64,000 nt of DNA from Octopus bimaculoides (GCF_001194135.2 NC_068982.1:66969072-67033071); one strand, 5' to 3'. Shown: positions 12,271 to 24,546, counted from the stretch's first letter. Numbers and translations are program-made. The notes: a model not told the origin generated them from the letters alone.

Positions 12271-13159
12271 TATAAAATCTTTTTTAGAAAATAATTGCCT
12301 TAAGTTCCTTTTTTTTATTTATTTAATTAGAGTTTTCAGAAATATAAATTAAAAAACTGCAGAGTAGGATATAACAAAGCGTCTGAAGTTCTGAAAATGA
12401 TGAATACAAACTAGTCTCTTTTTAATAGCAATTGACATATGTATGACAATATTTAACTGGATCACTACATATTTCAAGAAGACAGTCATATACCTCACAC
12501 TCATTACACCTAACCACAACTAAAATACATAAACACAATGCAAATACATTGCTACAAATGATAGACCTTATAATGTTTGATAATCTCCCTCAGCAACTTC
12601 ATGTATACTGCTCCGAAAAACTGCAACTCTAAAAAACTTCAAGCACAATCAGTTGGTAACCCTCAACAAATCTTAAGTAAGACCAATATTATCTGAGTTG
12701 GTCCAGGTTGATTTCAACTATACACTTCCCTCTATATTATGTGGCCTTCAAAGATGGTGAGCTGGCAGAATCATTAGCACGTCAGGCAAAGTGCTTAGTG
12801 GTATTTTGTCTGCTTTTACATTCTTAGTTCATATTCTGCTGAAGCTAACTTTGCTTTTCATCTTTTCAGGGCTGATAAAATAAGTACCAGTTGACAATGG
12901 GGTTAATGTAATCAATTTACCCAACCCTTGAAATCGCTGGCCTTGTGAAAAAAAATTGAAATCAATATTATGCTGCCTTCTCCCAACATTAACAAACTAC
13001 TTTTATTGTTATTTCTTAATGTTATCATTATACTTTTATTGTTTAACCCTCAGTCAACCCTGATCAAGTAAACCCATCATCAAAGATACTCAAATCTTGG
13101 CCTTTTTTTATAGGAATAGTGTTGTGTGTAATTTTTAAGATGACAGAATGTGATATGAG

Positions 13160-13330
13160 CACTAGCGTAGCTAGAGGGTGGTGGAGGGGTGATCCACCCT
13201 GGGCGGTACTTTTATGGGGGTGGCACCACTTCTGAGTCTGCTGTAGGCAACATGTATTTTTTGTGGGGGGGCCCAGAGACAGCAATCTGAAAGGCCACTC
13301 TGGGTGGCACACCCTCTAACTATGCTAGTG
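13160..13330. mobile_element. hAT-type MITE, 171 bp
   Basis: TIRs cactagcgtagctagagggtg / caccctctaactatgctagtg (19/21). 8-bp TSD gatatgag / gatgtgag. Interrupts a Family F repeat whose sequence resumes after the TSD. Confidence 0.85.
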
Positions 13331-13504
13331 GATGTGAGGGAGATTTGGTTACTCGCTCTAACAGGTTAAATGACTATGTTGAAGCACCTTTATTGGCTTG
13401 TCATTGTTTTGTTTCTGCTGTTATTGTGTTCTTGTTGGAGATACCATTTAGATCAGACATAGGCAACCTTTTCCAAGATGTGGGCTACATCAGACATGAC
13501 TCAC

Positions 13505-13616
13505 CATCAAGTGAATAGCACTACTACAAAAATTCAAGGTAATTTTTCCTTTGGTGTGCCATTCAGAAAGAGCTGTAAGCCAACTGATTTGGCTATTCCA
13601 TATTTTCGGTGAAATA
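13505..13616 (-). CDS. Candidate exon C (112 nt, phase 2 to 0)
   Basis: Acceptor gttatacag and donor ATG|gtgagt. The only open frame is ISPKIWNSQISWLTALSEWHTKGKITLNFCSSAIHLM. Confidence 0.35.
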
Positions 13617-14265
13617 CTGTATAACTTCAACTCAAGTAAGAGAACAATTTTGTTACTTTCCAGATAAGCAATAAATTACTAATTATAATTATAAATTAAT
13701 TCTAATGATACAGATACATATTTCAAATTGCCGAACCATCCAACCCACAATAACACTAAAATATAAGCTTTAGATAACTTTAATTGTCATCAATCAATTT
13801 AAAAAGTAAAATGATATTATACCAAGCTGAAACAGAAAAGAACAACAATGTAGGATTAGAATCTTATATATTTTGCTTACTAGCTGACTATATTGTTGAT
13901 TACACCAGACCAGAGAGTCCTTGCCAGTCCTTCTTCTTAGATTAGATATTATAAATCTATTTTCCTGTCATATGTTGTTATACAATATCATCTCTACAAG
14001 ATAATTGGCTAGTCACTTAGTGCTAAGAGGATAGGCCATACTATTAATGAACAAACAGCAAGTGGGGGTGGGACATCCCTGTTTCATGTATATAATGATA
14101 AATAACATAATAAATCAAATTATTAACAGTTAAGACTTCCTATGTTGTCTCAATAATTAATAAAGGTTTGGTGAAGCAAAAAGGAAAATAGAACTCAAAA
14201 CATGATTACACACACTCACACATGTGCATGCACACAAACATGCACACATAAAGCAAACACACAAG

Positions 14266-14750
14266 GTGCAGACGTGGCTGGGCGGTCAGAAACTTGCTTC
14301 CCAACCACATGATTCAGGGTTCAGTTACAATGCATGGCATCTTGGATGTCTTCTACTAGAGCCTTGGGCCAACCAAAGCCTTGTGAGTGGATTTGGTAAA
14401 CAGAAACTCTGTATGTGTGTGTGTGTTACCGTGTGTGTGTGTGTGTGTGGGTGTGTGCATGCATGTCTTTGAGGCTGTTTGTCCTCCCCACCCCTTCCAC
14501 TGTTTCACAATCAGTGCCAGTGTGTTTACATCCCTGTAACTTAGCAGTTCAGCAAAATAAGTACCAGGTTTTAAAAAAATAAGCCTATTTATATATATAT
14601 ATAGTAACTGTGTGGTAAGAAGTTTGCTTCCCAACCACATGGTTCTGAGTTCAGTCCCAATGCATGGCCCTTTGGGCAAATGACTTCTACTATAGCCTGG
14701 GCTAACTAAAGCCTTGTGAGTAGATTAGGTGGACAGACAGGAACTGAACT
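14266..14750 (+). mobile_element. Two adjacent Family E SINE copies
   Basis: Heads at ~14266 and ~14606 (gcttcccaaccacat...gttcagt...ccttgggcaaatg...ctactatagcc), with an internal (TG)n. Confidence 0.75.
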
Positions 14751-14799
14751 TCTTACTTCTTACCACATACACATACATGAAACTATTATATACAAGTAT

Positions 14800-14800
<1 letters not shown>

Positions 14801-14835
<35 letters not shown>

Positions 14836-15965
14836 GAAAATTGGTGAGTGTTTGTTTGTGGCGTTGTTACCTAACTCCTCCTACATCGTTTTATTGATTT
14901 TGATGAAACTTGATACATGAGTAGAACTCATGCCTGGAAACATCATGACATACTTAGATTGTTGAAAAAATTGATAATACGGCCCCTGGAAGGTACCTTT
15001 ATATCTACCTCATATAACTAATTTTTTTTTAAACATCCAAGAAAATAACCCATAGCACGAGCACAATATTTTTTTTTAAATACTCAAGGGAAAAACCCAT
15101 TTCATTGTTTATGTTCGATTAATTTGAATATTGATTTTTTTGTGTCCAATTTCTAATTTTTGCAGGCAATATCACTTTTTTATTTTATTTGACATGTGAG
15201 TAGAACTCATGTCTGGAAACTTTGTGACATACTTAGATTATTGAAAAAAATTGATAATGGGGCCCATCCAATGTATCCTCCTATCTACTACATATTACTA
15301 ATATTTTATTTAAACCCAAGGGAAATAATCCATATCACCTGCAGTTTTTAGCAAAGCAATCAATATCTGATTCTCACGATCAGTCGACCTAATTCTGCAT
15401 TTCACTACTCACACTTTTGAACTGCTAAACCTTATTATTGCACTTACTTAATATGAATCTTAAACCTTAGAGACTTCATTCATACATTTCTATACATACA
15501 TACTTTTTTGAATACCCACTACTCCGATTATTCTGCATTTTTACAGTTACACTTTCTCCATGACAGTAGATAAATTTTTTTTTCCACAATGTATTTGTAG
15601 TAGCTTCATGCAGGCATAGCATAGATTCGATCTTCAACTACCAAATTTCACTTAACAATTCAACAGCGCTTTTCTCACAGTAAAACAATAGTTTTTCTGT
15701 GAATGACAACCTCCCTTGCCAACCACCGACAACCTCTCTCGCCAACCTCCGACAATCTTTTTCACCAACCTCCGAAAACCTCTCTCACTAACCGCCAACA
15801 ATTTCTCCATCCTCTAGCTGACAGTTTCTGTACTTTTTCGTGATGGAAAATACACCTTTTGTGGCAGTTATAACAAAATTGCTTTTAATAAGGCATTTAT
15901 TATATAGTAATAAGGCATTTCAATAGAACATCTTTACCCATGGGAATTATCAGGTACACCAGCTA

Positions 15966-15966
<1 letters not shown>
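14801..15966 (+). mobile_element. Non-autonomous Helitron-like element in a (TA)n tract
   Basis: 5' tgtttgtttgt...attgattttgatgaaacttg motif, 3' degenerate hairpin then CTAG|T at 15963-15967. Internal ~150-bp direct repeats (14911-15058, 15190-15338) and a 23-bp minisatellite. Confidence 0.55.
15705..15807. repeat. 23-bp minisatellite, ~4.5 units
   Basis: Units gacaacctcccttgccaaccacc / gacaacctctctcgccaacctcc / gacaatctttttcaccaacctcc / gaaaacctctctcactaaccgcc. Confidence 0.9.
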
Positions 15967-16038
<72 letters not shown>

Positions 16039-16100
16039 AATTATATATATCTACACACAATTTATATATATACACACAAATTATATATATACACACAAAT
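15967..16100. repeat. (TA)n followed by ~19-bp tatatatacacacaaat repeats
   Basis: Direct reading of the sequence. Confidence 0.9.
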
Positions 16101-16484
16101 TAATCAGAAGTCACAGAGTGATTCAAGGTCAGGCAGTTTCATGCACTAGCACTTATCAAATATGTTCCAAATTATGGGGATTACATTTATGTGGACCAAA
16201 TACATTATAATTCTCTCTGGATTGTTCTAGAATTATATAAACAATTACAAGGTCACATGAATAATACATATATTTTCAAAAGAAATATAATAATTAATAT
16301 CAAAATTTAATATTCCAGCAGCTTTTGCAATCATGAATTTATGTTCAGTCCTACTGCATGGCACCTTGGGCAAATGTCTTCTACTAAAGCTCTGGACTGA
16401 CCAAAGCCTTGAGAATAAATTTGGTTAAGGGAAACTTAAAAAGAAATCCATTGCATGAGTGCATATATATGTATGTCTGTGCAT

Positions 16485-16750
16485 GTGGCATAGTGGTTGG
16501 ACTGTTACACTCATAAACAGAAGATCATGGTTTCGATTCCCAAATTGGTAGTGTATTGTGTTTTTAAGCAAAACACTTCATTGCACGTAGCTCCAGTCCA
16601 CTCAGCTGTAAATGGGTGATCCTGTGCTGGACTGGCATTCCATTCAGGGGGAATGTTGGCCTGCCCACCTTAGCCAGCAGGGTGGTATCATTCGAAAGCT
16701 ACGATAATGAGAGGTATAACATAGCTTCTAGCAGTGTATAACATCAAATA
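16485..16750 (+). mobile_element. tRNA-head CORE-type SINE, tail variant T2
   Basis: gtggcatagtgg...ggtttcgattccc, then CORE-like gcaaaacacttc...ctccagtccactcagctgtaaatggg. Tail shared with 24700-24990. Confidence 0.75.
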
Positions 16751-16820
16751 GTTTGGCTGATACAAGGAGAGAGGGATGGATGGATAGATGGAGGGAGGGA
16801 GAGATGCATGTATGTATGTA

Positions 16821-17034
16821 TTCTTTTATTCTTTTACTTGTTTCAATCATGACTGTGGCCATGCTGGAGCACTGCCTTGAAAGGTTTTAGCCAAACAAAT
16901 TGACACCAGGACCTATTTATAATGCCTAGTACTTATTTTATCAGTCTCTTTTGCTGAACCACTAAATTATGGGGATGTAAACACACCAACATCAGTTGTC
17001 AAGCAGTGATGGGGACAAACACAGACACAAAAAC

Positions 17035-17086
<52 letters not shown>

Positions 17087-17214
17087 ACAGGCTTCTTTCG
17101 TTTCCATCTACCAAATCCACTCACAAGGCTTTGGTTGGCCTGAGGCTATAGTAGAAGACATTTGCCGAATGTGCCACACAGTGGGACTGAACTGGAACCA
17201 TATGGTTAGGAAGC
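16821..17214 (-). mobile_element. Family E composite SINE
   Basis: Matches 62375-62760, with an internal (TA)(CA) tract. Confidence 0.8.
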
Positions 17215-17257
17215 GTATATGTATTTATGTATGTATATATGTATATAAGTTTTATTC

Positions 17258-17642
17258 AGTGAGCTCACTTCAGGGAAAAGACCACAGGTTCACCCTCTTT
17301 GAAGATACAAGAACCAAGTCAAAGCAACTCTGAAGGCCACTGGACTTGAGCCTAAATCGTTTGAAACACAAGCCTGAGACTGTACCAAGTGGCGGTATTC
17401 CATCACCATCAGAGCCAAAAACTTTGAAGACACCAGAAGAAAAAAGGAAGAAATCAAACAACGGGAGAGAAACGCTTGACAAAATCAACTTTGTCCTCCA
17501 CCAACATTACCATGCCGTCAATGCCATTGACTCTTCTGTGCAAGGATTGGTCTACAGTCATCAATGCCATCACCATAAAGGAAGTGTTCAGCAAAGAAGA
17601 AACTAAATTCTTAGATAGACAAAGCTGATGCTGCTGATGATG
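17258..17642 (+). pseudogene. 3' end of an RTE-clade LINE ORF2
   Basis: SELTSGKRPQVHPL*RYKNQVKATLKATGLEPKSFETQA*DCTKWR...FEDTRRKK...LPCRQCH*LFCARIGLQS matches the RTE C-terminus (G-R-G-P--R-KD...DR--WR...CxxC---F--RIGL-SH). Ends in a gat-type tail. Confidence 0.8.
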
Positions 17643-17672
17643 TATATAAGTATTGGAGTACTATAATTGACC

Positions 17673-18059
17673 GTGGAGGCGCAATGGCCCAGTGGTTAGG
17701 GCAGCGGACTCGCAGTCATAGGATCGCGGTTTCGATTCCCAGACCGGGCGTTGTGAGTGTTTATTGAACGAAAACACCTAAAGCTCCACGAGGCTCCGGC
17801 AGGGGTTGGTGGCGAACCCTGCTGTACTCTTTCACCACAACTTTCTCTCACTCTTACTTCATGTTTCTGTTGTGCCTGGAATTCAAAGGGTCAGCCTTGT
17901 CACACACTGTGTCATGCTGAATATCCCCGAGAACTACGTTAAGGGTACACGTGTCTGTGGAGTGCTCAGCCACTTGCACGTTAATTTCACGAGCAGGCTG
18001 TTCCGTTGATCGGATCAACTGGAACCCTCGATGTCGTAAGCGACGAAGTGCCAACAACA
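17673..18059 (+). mobile_element. Family C tRNA-SINE, full length, 13-bp TSD, (AAC)n tail
   Basis: A box tggcccagtgg and B box ggtttcgattccc. TSD actataattgacc at 17660-17672 and 18060-18072. Inserted in the 3' half of an E SINE. Confidence 0.92.
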
Positions 18060-18659
18060 ACTATAATTGACCAAAAACCCTTAAAGGTAGTGCTCTAGTA
18101 TGGTCACATCCCAGTGACTGTAACCAATAAAAGATTTGTTTAAATAATTGTTAAATATTCTTAAATATCTTTTCACCAAAGGAGACCACCACCAGTTGCA
18201 ATGGATGCTTTTAAAATGTGAGCTGATAATTATCCCACCCTCATAAACTCATTCAGACAAACTGTAAGAGTATATAGAAACTGAATCTAGTGTAAACAAT
18301 ATAGTTAGTGTACAAGAAGTGTGATGACATTTCAGGCTGTCAAGTTGCTCCACTTAGTTTTGGTATGCCAAGTGTATTATTACATATATAACATCTACTT
18401 TATATGTAAACATAAATATTTGCAGCAATAGATGAGAAAACAGAGCTGTTGAGATCTTCTATGTAAAGACACTAGTGTTTATAGAGATATAAAGTTACTG
18501 ATGGAGCTATATACTGCTGCTTTTGTTGTTGTTGTTATTTAGCCCAGGTTAATCTGTCCAACACATTCTATCTGTTTTGTCATGGTAGGGTATGACATAA
18601 GAGAATTTGATTGCTATTTCTAGCAGTTCATGTGCATCTTTATTCATGTGCATATTTAT

Positions 18660-19050
18660 TTCTTATCCTTTACTTGTTCCGGTCATTAGACTGTGGCCAT
18701 GCTGGGGTACCACCTTGAAGAATTTTTAGCTGAATTAATTGACCCTCCAGCCCTATTTTGTTATGAAACCCAGTACTTATTTTATCATCTCTTTTGCCAA
18801 AAGGCAAAGTTACAGGGACATAAACACACCAACACTGGTTGTCAAGTGGTGATGGGGGACATACATGAACACACACACACATATACATAAGACAGGCTTT
18901 TTCAGTTTCTGTCTACCAAATCCACTTACAAGGTTTTGGTCAGCCTGAGCCTATCGTAGAAGATGCTTGCCCAAGATGTCATGCAGTGGGACTGAACCCA
19001 GAGCTATGTGGTTGAGAAGCAAACTTCTTACCACACAGCCACAACTGTGC
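18660..19050 (-). mobile_element. Family E composite SINE
   Basis: Full-length match with an internal (CA)n. Confidence 0.8.
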
Positions 19051-19734
19051 CTATGATATTATCATCATCATCATCATCTTAATGTCCACTTTTCCAGGCT
19101 TGTATAGGCTGGACAGTGCTGAGGTGCACTACAGCTTATCAGGAAAGTGTAGAAGGGAGAGAAAGCAGCAACAAGTCAAATAAAAAATAGACACTGATGA
19201 AAGCTAAAAGTACATGTACGGTACTCAGGGTAAAACATGAAAATGAGAGGAATGTGAATAAAAGCAGAGAGAGTGTCACAGATAAATTTATTCCATGTTT
19301 CAACAGTTCTCAATGTGAAACAATGCTTCTGAAAGTAATGGATGTTGTGTTGTCTTATTTTCCTTTTATTTTAGTTTTACATCCAACTAAGAACAGTGCT
19401 GTTGTATCCAGTTGAACCCTTGTTCATTGAAGTGATGAGAGAGTCCAATCAATTATATAGTAACTAAAAGTGGAGTAGTCACTAATGGCAGTTTGTAGTC
19501 TCTTGAAGGTGAATTATAATCACTAATGGTATAGAAATAACAGTGAGAACCAAATTCTGTGCTTCCTGAAATTTTGTTCTATTTCATGTACTATACAAGC
19601 ACTTTTGGTTTTCATCGCTGTCCTTCTTTACTTGACTTACTGCTGCTTTTAATTCCTTCATTTTTTACTCTTTTCTGACATGTTGTGGTAAGAATATTCT
19701 TCTTCTTCTTCTTCTTCTTATTATTATTATTATT

Positions 19735-19945
19735 AAGGTGGTAAGTTCACAGAATTGTTAGCATGCTGGGAAAAATGCTTAGTGGTATTTCATTCATCTT
19801 CCCGTTCTGAGTTCAAATTCTGCCAACGTCAACTTTGCCTTTCGTCCTTTCATGGTTGATAAAATAAGTACCAGTTGAGTACTGGGGTCGATACAATCGA
19901 CTATCTCCTTTCCCCCAAATTTCAGTCCTTGTGCCTATAGTAGAA
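19735..19945 (+). mobile_element. Family B SINE, older copy
   Basis: gttctgagttcaaattctgcc...ctttgcctttcgtcctttc...aataagtaccagttgagtactggggtcgat. Further old B copies at ~2830-3420(-), 4240-4395(-), 12755-12960(+), 34300-34660(-), 61026-61235(+). Confidence 0.8.
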
Positions 19946-19977
19946 AGGATTATTATTATTATTACTATTATTATTTT

Positions 19978-20958
19978 ATGTTTGATTTTTGCTTTACATT
20001 TGTATAAGTTGGCTCCAAGTCTCACCCAGAGACCTCAAGAGACAACTAGTTAGAAGTTCATGTCGGTGTTATGCCTAGGGTGCCATATATTTGGTTTTGT
20101 ACATAGTGTTGTTCTAGAGAATGTTTAAGAAACCATAAGAAAATTATGTGTCTGTTTTAAAATTTGAGATTACATAGAAAGTATTTTGCATAGGATATGG
20201 GCAGTTCCCATGAGTACTATCTTTTGAATTTCTGCCATTTTGGGGTTTCCTGGTATCTGAGCTAGGTAGCAATCAGCCCCTTTTGCTATCATTTCCAGGG
20301 CACCTATGACAACAGGTATTGTTTTAGTTTTCAGGTTCCACATTTTGCTAATTTCTATTTCAAGATCTTTATACTTGCTCAGTTTTTGGTAGGTCTTGAC
20401 AGATATTTTTATATTGATTGGGACAGTTTATCAATGAGGAGGCATGATTTTTGTCTGAAGTCTTTCAATATGATGTCTGGCTTATTTGCATCTATCTTTC
20501 TGTCAGTTTTAATGGTGAAGTTCCAGAGGAGTGAGATGTGACCATTTTCAAGCACTGGAGGTGGTTTGTGTTCCCACCAGTTTTTATCATGGGGCAAGTT
20601 CAGGTTCTTGCAAATTACTCAGTAAATATATTGGGCAGCTCTATCATGCCTGTTGAGATACTCTGTAGGTGCAAAAAGACTGCACATGGAGACAACATGA
20701 TCATTGGTTTCATTTTGTTGTTGACATACACGACATGTTGGGAAGCTGCCGTTCTTTAATATGTTGGCCTGGTAGTTCCTTGTAGGTAGGCATTGATCTT
20801 GGGCTGCTATGATAAACCCTTCTGTTTCAGATTTTAAGCCAGAAACCGTTAGTCATTGATGGGTAAGGGCTTTGTCAACATCGGTATTATTTGCTCTCTT
20901 TGGGTATTTGCCATCGAGAGGTTTTTCTTGCCATTTATCAGCCAGAATATCTAAGGCA
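19978..20958 (-). pseudogene. 5'-truncated R4/Dong-clade non-LTR retrotransposon
   Basis: Minus WQEKPLDGKY...LKSETEGFIIAAQDQCLPTRNY...CRVCQQQNET-DHVVSMC...RHD...WWEHKP..VLEN...LLWNF-I-TD...NKPDII...LID...KYKDL-IEI-KMW...IPVVIGAL (CCHC plus PD-D endonuclease). 3' end abuts (TAA)n. Confidence 0.9.
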
Positions 20959-21296
20959 GCATTATATTCTGTCAGTTATTATTATTTTCATTATTTAATG
21001 TTGTTGCACATTCTTTAATATTATTGTATGTGAGCTCTTATGGCTAATAAAAGAATTTATTATTATTATTATTCTTGTAAGAAGAGCCAACATTAATACA
21101 AGTGCACAGGGTACTTATGGTATTAAAGAGAAGGTGACCAGATATGAAGAGAGAAGAAGAATGAACAGTAAGCAGAATACCAGAAGGAAATTTAAGAATG
21201 GAATCAAATATGCTGAGAAAACATGAATGAAGAAGAATTATTTAATTAGAGAAATGTTCAAACTAAAAGAGATGATTTGTTGCTCTTATGACATAC

Positions 21297-21345
21297 CAGA
21301 ACACTCTTTTACAACCATCAGACTGCAGCCATGCCTGAGTAACAG
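21297..21345 (-). CDS. Candidate exon B (49 nt, phase 1 to 2)
   Basis: Donor CTG|gtatgt and a weak AAG acceptor. Reads (A)VTQAWLQSDGCKRVF(C) and joins exons A and C in frame. Confidence 0.3.
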
Positions 21346-22198
21346 CTTGAACGATTTAGTTGACAGACAGATGGATGGATAGATAAATAGATAGTCATGT
21401 GTATTTGTATATGTATAGGCTGGTTTGTGTCCATAGTCTTGACATTGGCTGTCCACTGTGTAATTAATGTCATCATATACATGGTGTGATTGTTTACATC
21501 TGTTGTGGAAACATGTCTGCCATTGACTTGTTTGTCATTCAAAAGAACAGGAGGAAATAGTGTCTAACTTGGAAACTAGTGGGTGTTAGCAACAAAAAGG
21601 TCATACAGCCATAGAAAAATTATTTCAATAAGTCTAATCTCATCCATGCTAGTCTGGAAACATGAACTTTAAAACACTGAAAATGATGATGATTATGATG
21701 GAGCGTAATTTCATGAGGAGTATGGGTTAGAGAAGGGTTAAGCAACTCAATGGTACAGAGATAGATAACTGAACATTTGACAAGGACTTATAAAATAAAT
21801 TTAGAATATGTCTCAAATACTTATTTTAAGATATGAAAGGTTAAGTTGATTTTGACAGAGTTATAGATTCAGAAAATGTATGCAATCAAACAACTATTAA
21901 TTGTACATAATAATAAATGACACCTAGCGGTTGACCTGGCATTCCATCTTTCACTGATTTGTTCTAAAAGAACACAATAGTACGATGGATCTAACTGATT
22001 TTAATGATTATAACGATGATGATGATGTAATTTAAACTCAAGTCAGCTCTGACTAAGCAAAGCAAATGAATGGCTACATAAGGAGGTTGCTTCAGATTTG
22101 ATTTCACTGTATGGTACCCAAGGTAAGTGTCACCTAGCATAGTTTTAGGACAACAAAGGCTTTGGAAATGAATTTGGCAGGCAGAAACTGTAGGAAGC

Positions 22199-22432
22199 GG
22201 CGAGCTGGCAGAAACGTTAGCATGCTGGGCGAAATGCTTAGCAGTATTTCGCCTGCTGCTACGTACTGAGTTCAAATTCCACCGAAGTTGACTTTGCCTT
22301 TCATCCTTTCGGGGTCGATTAAATAAGTACCAGTTATGCACTGGGGTTGATATAATCAACTTAATCCATTTGTCTGTCCTTGTTTGTCCCCTCTGTGTGT
22401 AGCCCCTTGTGGGCAGTAAAGAAATAAGAAAG
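22199..22432 (+). mobile_element. Family B SINE, full length, 10-bp TSD, nested in Family E
   Basis: TSD tgtaggaagc at 22189-22198 and 22433-22442. Near-identical to 1868-2105 and 60477-60720. Confidence 0.9.
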
Positions 22433-22441
22433 TGTAGGAAG

Positions 22442-22487
<46 letters not shown>

Positions 22488-23102
22488 CGCATGCATCTGT
22501 GTGTGTGTGCATGCATCTGCGTGTGGATGCACGCATGTACATGTGCATATATGAATGCTTACAACCAAAGGTTTTGCTTAGCCAGAATGGTGAACCATAT
22601 TTACATTCCTTGTTGAAATTATGATGGCTTGCTTTTTGCTTTCTAAGGTCTGTGGAATAAAAAAATCCCTTACTTGAAAAACCAGTAAGGGTTGAGAACA
22701 GGAAGAGCATCCAGTTGTAAAATTGTGCCTTAAAAAAAGTCTCCTCTCAATCTATGCTTACATAGAAAAATGTGAAAGCAAATAACACTGACAACACTTA
22801 GACTGTTGTGCAAATGAGATCTGTTCAAATTTACATACACCATAGACAGCTATAAACTACTATTCTCTCTGTGGACAAGAAGAAGTATGTGATCTCTGAT
22901 ATGGTATCAATAAATGCCGAAGCTAGTTAAATCAACCTATTTTCTTATCACAGAGAAAAAATTCTTGGGCTTTTATTATATCTGTCTTTGCACAACAAGA
23001 CTGTTTGCTAAAATCACATACTTGTAAATTTACCTTAAATTTCTACACATACACACATGCACATATATTTGAAAAAAGATTTTTTTAACTACAAATCATT
23101 AA

Positions 23103-23320
23103 CCCTTTAGTGTTTAAACTGGCTATATCTGGCCCAAATATTCTACTCATTTTATGCCCAAACTGGCCAGAACCAGTATCTCACATCTACCCTGCAATGT
23201 CATTCTAAAAATAAACAATTACATCTCTCAAATCTTGAAGTTACAAGATAATACCAGATTAATTTTTTAAAGTGTACATGAATAAGGATTACTTTTGACA
23301 TTAATTTGAACACTAAAGGG
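23103..23320. mobile_element. piggyBac-type MITE, 218 bp
   Basis: TTAA at 23099-23102 and 23321-23324. TIRs ccctttagtgtttaaa / tttgaacactaaaggg (15/16). Confidence 0.85.
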
Positions 23321-23567
23321 TTAATCATATCAAAAAATCTTTAGAAAATGTAGAGTAACACGGACCTGATGGAAGGAAATGTTTGTGTAAGTGCTTTGCA
23401 GTGCTTTGTAAATATATGTAATGAGAGAATGTGTGTGAGAGAGAGGAGAGTCATGGCACAAAGACAGACATCATTATACATCAAAATAGATGAAAGAGTA
23501 AATAAAAGAAGAAAAGGTCAGAGTATCAGTGCAAAGACACCTACAGCATAAGTAAAATAGGACTTAC

Positions 23568-23724
23568 CTCCATCAGTTAATGTGTCTGTAAAAGGTTCAG
23601 CATATGTAATAGGTATAGAAATCCTAGAAGCAGAGTTTTTGTCAGATTGGTTATCATCCGCTAATACTTTATCATTTTGGCTTGCAGAATTTTCTTCACT
23701 TTCACTGTCAGAGGAGGTCGTCAA
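23568..23724 (-). CDS. Candidate internal exon A of an unidentified host gene (S/D/E-rich)
   Basis: Acceptor tatttttcag and donor GAG|gtaagt. 157 nt, and only frame 0 is open: LTTSSDSESEENSASQNDKVLADDNQSDKNSASRISIPITYAEPFTDTLTDG+g (phase 0 to 1). Protein-like composition, not within a recognisable repeat. Confidence 0.55.
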
Positions 23725-24138
23725 CTGAAAAATATAGCACAGATTTGTCAAAAGGCGGTGCTCCAGCATGGCCGCAGTCAAATGACTGAAACAAGTAAAA
23801 GAGTAAAAGAGTATCCTCTTAACATTTATTCCATCCGCACAATGTAAACAAAATTAGGTCTATATGATTTATTTATCATCATGGGTTGGATATTTGCTAG
23901 GATTCAATGAGTCATAGAACTGTGTTGCACTCTAACATCTGTCTTGATATGGGTTCTATGGATGGCTTCTCTTCCTAATGCCATCCACTTTACAGTGTGT
24001 ACTGAATGCTTTATTCATGGCATCAGCACTAGTGAGATTGCAATCAATTTATTTGTCTCAAAATCTTTGCACTCTGAAGCACAACAGAAAGGCTATATGA
24101 CTGATAGCCAGTGTATTGTGATCCAAGGATAGAATCAT

Positions 24139-24175
<37 letters not shown>

Positions 24176-24179
<4 letters not shown>

Positions 24180-24500
24180 GGTGCGTGGCTTAGTAGTGGT
24201 TAGGGTACTTGGCTTACAGTCATAAGGTCATGAGTTCAATTCTCGGCGATGCATTGTGTCCTTGAGCAAGACACTTCATTTCATGTTGCTCCAACCCCAC
24301 TCAGCTGGCAAAAATGAGTAGTACCTGTATTTCAAAGGGCCAGCCTTGTCACACTCTGAGTCATGCTGAATCTCCCTGAGAACTATGTTAGGGATACACA
24401 TGCTTGTGGAGTGCTCAGCCACTTGCACGTTAATTTCACAAGCAGGCTGTTGTGTTGATCGGATCAGCTGGAACCCTCATCGTAACTGACAGAGTACCAG
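24176..24500 (+). mobile_element. CORE-type SINE carrying the Family C tail (T1)
   Basis: Head and CORE tgtgtccttgagcaagacactt...cactcagct, followed by aaagggccagccttgtcacac...gatcggatcagctggaaccctc as in 17673-18059. Confidence 0.8.

Positions 24501-24546
<46 letters not shown>

Noticed and set aside
13880-13963. 84-nt minus exon candidate ENRFIISNLRRRTGKDSLVWCNQQYSQL
   Set aside because: Weak acceptor and phase 0-0, incompatible with the B-C junction; chance open frames of this size are common here.
15705-15807. 23-bp repeats as a CRISPR-like array
   Set aside because: Units are contiguous with no spacers, the context is eukaryotic, and no cas genes are present.
17346-17606. 86-aa ORF as a host gene
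   Set aside because: It is an alternative frame of the decayed RTE ORF2 end.
17673-17745. tRNA-like sequence (also 30578, 22199, 60494)
   Set aside because: These are SINE heads: continuous with SINE bodies, bounded by TSDs, and lacking a complete cloverleaf.
21991-22710. 239-aa minus ORF
   Set aside because: Runs through two nested SINEs and a (CA)n tract.
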